Below, piece after piece: positions 56,034-64,000 of a stretch of 64,000 nucleotides of DNA (positions within the stretch are counted from its first letter, which is position 1; each line of letters begins with the position of its first letter). The stretch is from an uncultured Eubacteriales bacterium. GTDB taxonomy: Bacteria > Bacillota > Clostridia > Christensenellales > CAG-138. Both the position numbers and the translations under genes were made by a program. Below the pieces are notes generated by a model. That model was not told the DNA's origin. It did no database searches and worked only from the letters and a program-made list of their open reading frames with translations. The stretch lies in NCBI GenBank assembly GCA_942492885.1, contig OW818651.1, positions 2,479,513 through 2,543,512 on the forward strand. The letters run 5' to 3'.

Positions 56034-57491
56034 ATGCGCCTTCCTTTGCATCTGCCCGCGCCCTATGAGCGGCTCAAACCCTTCGACGACTGCATGCACG
56101 AAGAATGCGGTGTGTTTGGCATCTATTCTAACGACAGCGGGCTGGACGCGGCGGAGGCCGCCTATTACGGCCTGTTTGCCTTGCAGCATCGCGGACAGGA
56201 GAGCGCGGGTATCGCCGTTTCGCGAAAAGGCAAGATCGACTGCCACAAGGCGATGGGTCTAGTCAGCGGACGCTTTTGCGACGGGCTTGCCTCGCTCAAG
56301 GGCAGCAACCTTGCCATCGGCCACGTGCGATATTCGACCATGGGAGACAGCCTGCTCATCAACGCGCAACCGCTTGTGGTGGAGTCTCCGCTGGGTCCGC
56401 TCGCGCTGGCGCACAACGGCAACATCATCAACGCAAAAGAGCTGCGCGGGGAGCTGGAGGCAGACGGTGCAAGCTTTCAAACCACCATCGACTCCGAGAT
56501 CATCGCCGCTCTCATCGCAAAAAACAGCACTGCCGGGCTTGTTGAGGGCATCGCGCAGGCGATGGAGCGCCTCAAGGGCAGTTATGCGCTTGTGATGATG
56601 ACGCGGGATCAGCTCATCGGCGTGCGCGACCCAAAGGGCATGCGTCCGCTTGCACTCGGCAGCCTCAACGGCTCCTATATCTTTGCGTCGGAGTCCTGCG
56701 CGTTTGACACCATCGGCGCGGAATTCATCCGCGATGTCCGCCCCGGCGAGATCATCGTGGTCAACCACGCAGTGCTCCGCTCGCATCAAACCGCGCACGC
56801 AACGGAAACGGCGCTGTGCATCTTTGAATATGTCTATTTCGCGCGACCGGATTCGGACATCGACGGCATCTCCGTCCACAAAGCGCGGGAGCGCGCGGGG
56901 GAACTCCTCGCGATCTCTTCGCCTGCGGATGTGGACGTGGTCTCCGCCGTGCCGGATTCTTCCCTGCCCGCGGCGATGGGTTACGCAAAGCAGGCGGGGC
57001 TACCGTTTATCATCGCGCTCTCGAAAAACCGCTACATGGGTCGCACGTTTATCGAGCCGTCGCAGGATCGGCGGGAGATGGACGTCTCCCTCAAGCTCAG
57101 CGCGCTCAAACGAAACGTGCGCGGCAAGCGCGTGCTTTTAGTGGACGATTCCATCGTCCGCGGCACGACGAGCAAATACATCGTCGAGATGCTCAAGACC
57201 GCGGGCGCAAAAGAGGTGCATCTGCGCATCAGCTCGCCGCCGGTCATGCATCCGTGCTGCTTTGGCATCGATACCTCGTCCTATGAGCAGCTCATCGGCG
57301 CAAACCACTCCGTCGAGGAAATCCGCAAGTTCATCGGCGCGGATTCGCTGAGCTTTTTGAGCATCGAGGATCTGCACAAAACCGTAGAGTATGCGGCGTG
57401 CAACTTCTGCGCGGGCTGCTTCAACGGCAAATACCCGGAGGATGTCTCCGCCTTGATCAAACGCGGCGGCAAACACATTTTGGATCGCTAA
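56034..57491 (+). CDS. purF: Amidophosphoribosyltransferase (Fe-S type)
   Basis: HEECGVFG, LQHRGQES, VDDSIVRGTT, Cys cluster ligands. Confidence 0.96.
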   Translation: MRLPLHLPAPYERLKPFDDCMHEECGVFGIYSNDSGLDAAEAAYYGLFALQHRGQESAGIAVSRKGKIDCHKAMGLVSGRFCDGLASLKGSNLAIGHVRYSTMGDSLLINAQPLVVESPLGPLALAHNGNIINAKELRGELEADGASFQTTIDSEIIAALIAKNSTAGLVEGIAQAMERLKGSYALVMMTRDQLIGVRDPKGMRPLALGSLNGSYIFASESCAFDTIGAEFIRDVRPGEIIVVNHAVLRSHQTAHATETALCIFEYVYFARPDSDIDGISVHKARERAGELLAISSPADVDVVSAVPDSSLPAAMGYAKQAGLPFIIALSKNRYMGRTFIEPSQDRREMDVSLKLSALKRNVRGKRVLLVDDSIVRGTTSKYIVEMLKTAGAKEVHLRISSPPVMHPCCFGIDTSSYEQLIGANHSVEEIRKFIGADSLSFLSIEDLHKTVEYAACNFCAGCFNGKYPEDVSALIKRGGKHILDR

Positions 57492-57504
57492 GGGGGAGAA
57501 CAGC

Positions 57505-58515
57505 ATGCCGGTAACTTATGAAGAAGCAGGGGTCAGCGTTGAAAGGGGCTATGAGGCGGTTCGGCGCATGAAAGCCTACGCCGAGGCAACGTTTGATCAA
57601 AATGTGCTGCAATCCTTGGGTTCGTTTGGCGGCATGTACGCGCTGGGTGAGCAGGTGTTGGTCTCCGGCACGGACGGGGTCGGCACCAAACTAAAGGCCG
57701 CGTTCGCGCTGGACAAACACGACACCGTGGGCATCGACTGCGTGGCGATGTGTGCCAACGACGTGGTCTGCCACGGAGCCAAGCCGCTGTTCTTCCTCGA
57801 CTATATCGCAACTGGCAAGCTCGTGCCGGAGGTTGCCGCCAGCATCGTCAAAGGCGTTGCCGACGGCTGCAAACAGGCTCTCTGCGCGCTCATCGGCGGA
57901 GAGACCGCCGAGATGCCGGGGTTTTACCCGATCGGGGAATATGATTTAGCGGGATTTTGCGTGGGTCTGGTGGACAAAGCGAAACTGATCGACAACTCTC
58001 GTGTCAAAGCGGGCGATGTGGTCATAGCGCTCGCGTCCTCCGGCGTGCACTCCAACGGGTTTTCACTGGTTCGCAAATTGATCTCGATGGAGAAAACCAA
58101 GCTGGACGAATACAGCGCGGAGCTCGGCAAAAGCATCGGCGAAGAGTTGCTCACGCCGACAAACATCTATGTCAAACCCGTGCTGGCGCTGATCGACGCG
58201 GTGGAGGTACACTCCATCGCGCACATCACGGGCGGCGGATTCTACGAGAACATTCCGCGCAGCATCCCCAAAGGGTTGACCGCGCAGATCGAGAAGAGCG
58301 CTGTGCGCGTGCTGCCGATCTTCCGCCTGCTGCAAAGGTTGGGCGAGCTGGACGAAAAACACATGTTCAACACATTCAACATGGGCGTGGGCATGACGAT
58401 CTCGCTTCCGGCGAGCGAAGTGGACAAGGCACTTGCGCTACTCGGCACGTTCGGCGTGGACGGGTACGTGATCGGCGAGGTTGTTACGGGCGACACGGGC
58501 ATTGCGCTATGCTAA
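57505..58515 (+). CDS. purM: AIR synthetase
   Basis: GTDGVGTK, GGETAEMPG, HSNGFSL, HITGGG, TFNMGVGM. Confidence 0.97.
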   Translation: MPVTYEEAGVSVERGYEAVRRMKAYAEATFDQNVLQSLGSFGGMYALGEQVLVSGTDGVGTKLKAAFALDKHDTVGIDCVAMCANDVVCHGAKPLFFLDYIATGKLVPEVAASIVKGVADGCKQALCALIGGETAEMPGFYPIGEYDLAGFCVGLVDKAKLIDNSRVKAGDVVIALASSGVHSNGFSLVRKLISMEKTKLDEYSAELGKSIGEELLTPTNIYVKPVLALIDAVEVHSIAHITGGGFYENIPRSIPKGLTAQIEKSAVRVLPIFRLLQRLGELDEKHMFNTFNMGVGMTISLPASEVDKALALLGTFGVDGYVIGEVVTGDTGIALC

Positions 58516-59843
58516 AACCACGCATCGCGGTGCTTGTCTCCGGCGGCGGAACCAATCTGCAATCACTCATCGACGCGCAATCCTGCGGGCGGCTGAGCAG
58601 CGGAGAACTCGCGCTGGTGATCGCGAGCAAACCCGGCGCATATGCGCTAGAGCGGGCGAAAGCGGCGCAGATCGTGACAGAGACAGTGGAGCGCGCGGCG
58701 TTTGCAACGCAGGAAGCGTATGAGGCGCGCTTGCTGGACGTGCTCGCGGTCAACACGATCGACCTGATCGTGCTCGCGGGGTACATGCACATTCTCTCTG
58801 CTGCGTTTGTCTCGCGCTATCCGGATCGCATTGTCAACGTGCATCCGTCGCTGATTCCCGCCTACTCCGGCAAGGGGTATTACGGCATCAAAGTGCACGA
58901 GGCGGTGCTTGCGGCGGGGGAAACCGAGACGGGAGCTACGGTGCACATGGTCAACGAAGTGCCCGACGGCGGGCGGATTTTGATGCAGCAGCGCGTGCCG
59001 GTGTTTCCGAGCGACACGCCAAAGACCCTGCAACACCGTGTGATGGAGCAGGCAGAGTGGATTTTGCTGCCGCGCGCGGTAGAGCAGATTTGCGCGGATC
59101 TAGTCGCGCAGCAGAACGCTGGAGGCAAGAGGATGAACCAGAATTTGTTTGAAGTATTGGAAAAGAACGCTTACCCCGGGCGCGGCATCGTGCTGGGGCT
59201 CACGCCCGACGGCAAAAAAGCCGCGCTGGCGTATTTCATCATGGGGCGCAGCGCGGGCAGCCGCAGCCGAGCGTTTGTAAAGGACAAAGACGACCTCGCA
59301 ATTCGCATGCTGGATGGCGGCAAGATCGCCGACACCAGCCTGATTTTATACACGCCGTTGCGCACGCTGGAAACCGCCGTCGTCGTCACCAACGGCGACC
59401 AGACAGACACCGTCTGCGCGGCATTAGAAAACGGCGGCACGTTCGAGAGTGCGCTCCGCACGCGGACGTTTGAGCCGGACGGGCCGCATTTCACCCCGCG
59501 CATCAGCGGCATGGTTGATTTTGCGGACGGCTTTTTCTACAAGCTCTCGATCCTCAAATCGGGCGACGCGGAGGGAAAAACCACCCTGCGGCAGACGTTT
59601 GAATTTGAGCCTCTCGCGGGAAACGGCCATTTCATCCACACGTATCAGACCGACGGCGCTGTGCTGCCGAGTTTTTCCGGCGAGCCTGTAACGATTGCAA
59701 TTACGGACGATTTTTCTGCGTTTGCGGACGGGCTTTGGAACGCGCTGAATCCGGAAAACAAGGTTTCGCTCTATGTGCGGTATACGGATTTGGTCACCAA
59801 GAAATACGAAGAAAAGATTTTTAACCAGTACGCGATAGTTTGA
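58509..59843 (+). CDS. purN: PurN GAR transformylase in-frame with a PurO-like IMP cyclohydrolase (internal ATG at 59133)
   Basis: VSGGGTNLQ, NVHPSLIP, TGATVHMV; no stop before MNQNL...YPGRGIVLG...YFIMGRS...NGDQTD...FEPDGPHFTPRISG. Confidence 0.85.
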   Translation: MLKPRIAVLVSGGGTNLQSLIDAQSCGRLSSGELALVIASKPGAYALERAKAAQIVTETVERAAFATQEAYEARLLDVLAVNTIDLIVLAGYMHILSAAFVSRYPDRIVNVHPSLIPAYSGKGYYGIKVHEAVLAAGETETGATVHMVNEVPDGGRILMQQRVPVFPSDTPKTLQHRVMEQAEWILLPRAVEQICADLVAQQNAGGKRMNQNLFEVLEKNAYPGRGIVLGLTPDGKKAALAYFIMGRSAGSRSRAFVKDKDDLAIRMLDGGKIADTSLILYTPLRTLETAVVVTNGDQTDTVCAALENGGTFESALRTRTFEPDGPHFTPRISGMVDFADGFFYKLSILKSGDAEGKTTLRQTFEFEPLAGNGHFIHTYQTDGAVLPSFSGEPVTIAITDDFSAFADGLWNALNPENKVSLYVRYTDLVTKKYEEKIFNQYAIV

Positions 59844-59893
59844 TAAAAGAAATAAAGAAAATTCTTCCAGTACAGGATCAAAGGAGAACCGGA

Positions 59894-61075
59894 ATGAAGG
59901 AACTCACGCTGAAATACGGCTGCAACCCGCAGCAGAAGCCCGCGCGCATCTACGCGGAGGCGGGTGAATTGCCCATCGAAATCCTAAACGGACAGCCGGG
60001 GTATATCAACTTTCTGGATGCGCTGAACGCATGGCAACTCGTCAAAGAGCTCAAGGAATCGCTGGGTCTTCCCGCGGCGACGTCGTTCAAGCACGTCAGC
60101 CCCGCGGGCGCGGCAGTCGGTCTTCCGCTGAGTGAAACGGATCTCATCGCCTGCGCGGTGGACGATCTTGCGGGAATCAACGATTCTCCCGTCGCCTGCG
60201 CCTACGCCCGCGCGCGCGGAACGGATCGCATGTCCTCGTTTGGCGATTTCATCGCGCTGAGCGACACGTGCGACGAGACCACCGCGCGCATCATCAAGCG
60301 CGAGGTGTCGGACGGAATCATCGCGCCGGGATATACGCCCGAGGCGCTCGCGCTCCTGAAAACCAAGCGAAACGGCAACTACGCGGTGATTCAGATCGAT
60401 CCCGACTACGCGCCGGAGGGCGCGGAGACCAAGCAGGTGTTCGGCGTTACGTTTGAACAGCCGCGCAACACGGCAAAGATCGACAGTTCGCTGCTGGGTA
60501 ACCCCGTCACCGTTATCAAAACGGTCAGCGAGGCGGCAAAACGCGACATGATCCTCTCGCTCATCACGCTCAAATATACGCAGTCGAACTCCGTCTGCTT
60601 CGCGGCAAACGGCCAGACCATCGGCGTCGGCGCGGGGCAGCAGAGCCGGATTCACTGCACGCGGCTCGCGGGCGAAAAGGCGGATATCTGGTGGATGCGC
60701 AGAAGCCCGCAGGTGCTATCGCTCCCGTTTTTGCCCCAGATCAAGCGCCCGGAGCGGGACAATCTGATCGATCAGTACATCGGAAACTATGGCGGCGCGG
60801 CCTGCGGTGAAGCGGGTTGGGAAGCGTATTTTTCACAAAAACCCGTGCCGATGACGCAGCAGCAGCGCGCAAGTCATCATGCTTCGCTTTCGGGTGTTTC
60901 GCTCGGCAGCGACGCGTTCTTCCCGTTTGACGACAACATCGAGCGCGCACATCAGAGCGGGGTACAATACATCGCCGAGCCCGGCGGCTCCGTGCGGGAC
61001 GCGGATGTGATCGCGTGCTGTGATCGTTACGGTATCGCGATGTTTTTCACGGGCTTGCGGCTGTTTCATCATTAA
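59894..61075 (+). CDS. purH: Stand-alone AICAR transformylase (PurH C-terminal domain only)
   Basis: Starts at LKYGCNP; SFKHVSPAG, SSFGDFIA, KYTQSNSV, GQQSRIHC, SDAFFPF; no IMPCH domain. Confidence 0.9.
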   Translation: MKELTLKYGCNPQQKPARIYAEAGELPIEILNGQPGYINFLDALNAWQLVKELKESLGLPAATSFKHVSPAGAAVGLPLSETDLIACAVDDLAGINDSPVACAYARARGTDRMSSFGDFIALSDTCDETTARIIKREVSDGIIAPGYTPEALALLKTKRNGNYAVIQIDPDYAPEGAETKQVFGVTFEQPRNTAKIDSSLLGNPVTVIKTVSEAAKRDMILSLITLKYTQSNSVCFAANGQTIGVGAGQQSRIHCTRLAGEKADIWWMRRSPQVLSLPFLPQIKRPERDNLIDQYIGNYGGAACGEAGWEAYFSQKPVPMTQQQRASHHASLSGVSLGSDAFFPFDDNIERAHQSGVQYIAEPGGSVRDADVIACCDRYGIAMFFTGLRLFHH

Positions 61076-61076
61076 G

Positions 61077-61141
61077 TAGAAGATATCGCGAATAGAAAAG
61101 ATCACGTGATAGAAAGATCTTGAAATAGAAGAAATCGCGCG
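61077..61141. repeat. Degenerate 16-17-nt tandem repeat x4 (TAGAA-N2/3-ATC)
   Basis: tagaagatatcgcgaa / tagaaaagatcacgtga / tagaaagatcttgaaa / tagaagaaatcgcgcg. Confidence 0.7.
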
Positions 61142-61196
61142 GGGCTGAACAGATCGCGCGCGGTGGGACAAGAGAGAAAACGGTGGGAATCGCTTT

Positions 61197-62487
<1,291 letters not shown>

Positions 62488-62495
<8 letters not shown>

Positions 62496-64000
62496 ACGCA
62501 TCTATGTCGAAAAACAGCAGTCATTTGCGCAGGAAGCGGCGGCAACGCTTGCGGATATCCGCGGTGTGCTGGGTTATTCCTGCGTAACGGGACTTCGTAT
62601 ACTCAATCGATATGACGTGGAGGGAGTGGACAAGGCCCTCTTTTCTTCTTGCCGCAACACGGTCTTTGCCGAACCGCAAACCGACCGCACCTATGACGAA
62701 ATTCCTTCGGGTGCCGACGCGGTGTTCGCCGTGGAGTATCTGCCGGGGCAGTTTGACCAGCGGGCGGAGGCTTGCGCGCAATGCATCGCGCTGCTCTCGC
62801 AAACGGGTGCGCCCTTGGTGCGCACCGCGCGGGTCTATCTGATAAACGGCGAAATTGGCGATGAACAGCTTGCAGCGATCAAACGCTACATCATCAATCC
62901 CGTGGAAGCACGGGAAGCCTCGCTCGACAAGCCGAATACCCTCGCGCTCAGCGCGGAAGCACCGGAGAAAATACCCGTGCTCGTCGGTTTTTGCGAAATG
63001 AGCGAGACGGAGCTGGGCGGACTCATCGCGGAATACGGGCTAGCGATGGATCTTGACGACCTGCTCTGTTGCCGGACTTATTTTCAAAGCGAGAAGCGCG
63101 ATCCCACGTTGACCGAGCTGAAATTACTGGACACCTATTGGTCGGATCACTGCCGCCATACGACGTTTCTTACCGCATTGGACGCGGTGGAGTTTCATGA
63201 CCCGCGTGCGCAGCAGACGCATGAAACCTATCTCAATCTGCGCAAAAGCCTCGGCATCAAAAAGCCGATCACGCTGATGGACATGGCGACCATCGGCGCG
63301 AAAGCGCTCAAACAGCAGGGCAAGCTGGAGAAACTCGACGAGTCCGACGAGATCAACGCCTGCACGGTCAAGACCACGATCACGGTCGACGGCGAACATC
63401 AGGACTGGCTCGTGCTCTTTAAGAACGAAACGCACAACCACCCGACCGAGATTGAACCCTTCGGCGGGGCGGCGACCTGCATCGGCGGCGCGATTCGCGA
63501 CCCGCTCTCCGGGCGCGCGTTTGTCTATCAGGCGATGCGCCTGACCGGCGCGGCTGATCCGCGAAAGCCCTTTGCCGAGACTCTGCCCGGCAAGCTCCCG
63601 CAGCGCAAGATTGTCACCACCGCCGCCGCGGGCTATAGCTCCTACGGCAATCAGATCGGACTTGCGACAGGGCTCGTGGACGAAATCTATCATGACGGAT
63701 TCTTAGCCAAGCGCATGGAGATCGGCGCGGTGGTCGGCGCGGCTCCTGCGGAAAATGTGCGGCGGGAAACGCCCGCTGCGGGCGACATCGTGATCCTGCT
63801 TGGCGGAAAGACCGGGCGCGACGGCTGCGGAGGCGCGACGGGTTCCTCCAAGGCGCACTCGTCCGATTCGCTCTCGCAATGCGGTGCGGAGGTGCAAAAG
63901 GGCAACGCGCCGGAGGAGCGAAAGCTTCAGCGGCTGTTTCGAAATCCGGAAGCATCCCGATTAATCAAGCGCTGCAACGACTTCGGCGCGGGTGGCGTCA
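62488..64000 (+). CDS. purL: FGAM synthase, large single-chain type (truncated by window edge; absent from ORF track)
   Basis: ATG 62488 overlapping purD; DTYWSDHCRHTTF, FKNETHNHPTEIEPFGGAATC, GATGSSK, EVQKGNAPEER, CNDFGAGGV. Confidence 0.95.

Noticed and set aside
8602-61141. Short intergenic repeats as CRISPR arrays
   Set aside because: At most 2-4 degenerate units, no unique spacers of constant length, no cas genes.

Overview
A 64 kb, roughly 58% GC chromosomal segment from a Clostridia-like Firmicute (judged from gene content). I saw no phage, IS, CRISPR array, rRNA or tRNA. From left to right: a membrane PAS-PAS-GGDEF-HD-GYP enzyme with a macrodomain gene; an orphan WcaJ-type priming glycosyltransferase; split transketolase; a GNAT protein; signal peptidase I plus a modular NlpC/P60 lipoprotein. 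Next is a Tad/Flp pilus locus (11.6-25.9 kb) headed by a canonical c-di-GMP-I riboswitch. It includes two 50-aa Flp pilins missing from the ORF track, a highly structured 240-nt intergenic element, DUF192 and DivIVA-like genes, an interposed GtrA/FAD-enzyme/GT-C-like cassette and a displaced tadG with a second, degenerate GEMM-like leader. The rest is an L-arabinose locus (araD, araB, araR, araA) with a YesN/YesM/solute-binding-protein sensor and a YtfQRT-YjfF-like ABC transporter, carA plus a CarB-DapF fusion, a MarR-ABC exporter, MATE/GntR, and the de novo purine operon (with a PurN-IMP cyclohydrolase read-through fusion) running off the right edge. The best candidate for an undescribed system is the RNA-regulated, possibly glycosylated and pole-anchored monoderm Tad pilus. 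That integrated model is inference; only its parts are directly visible.
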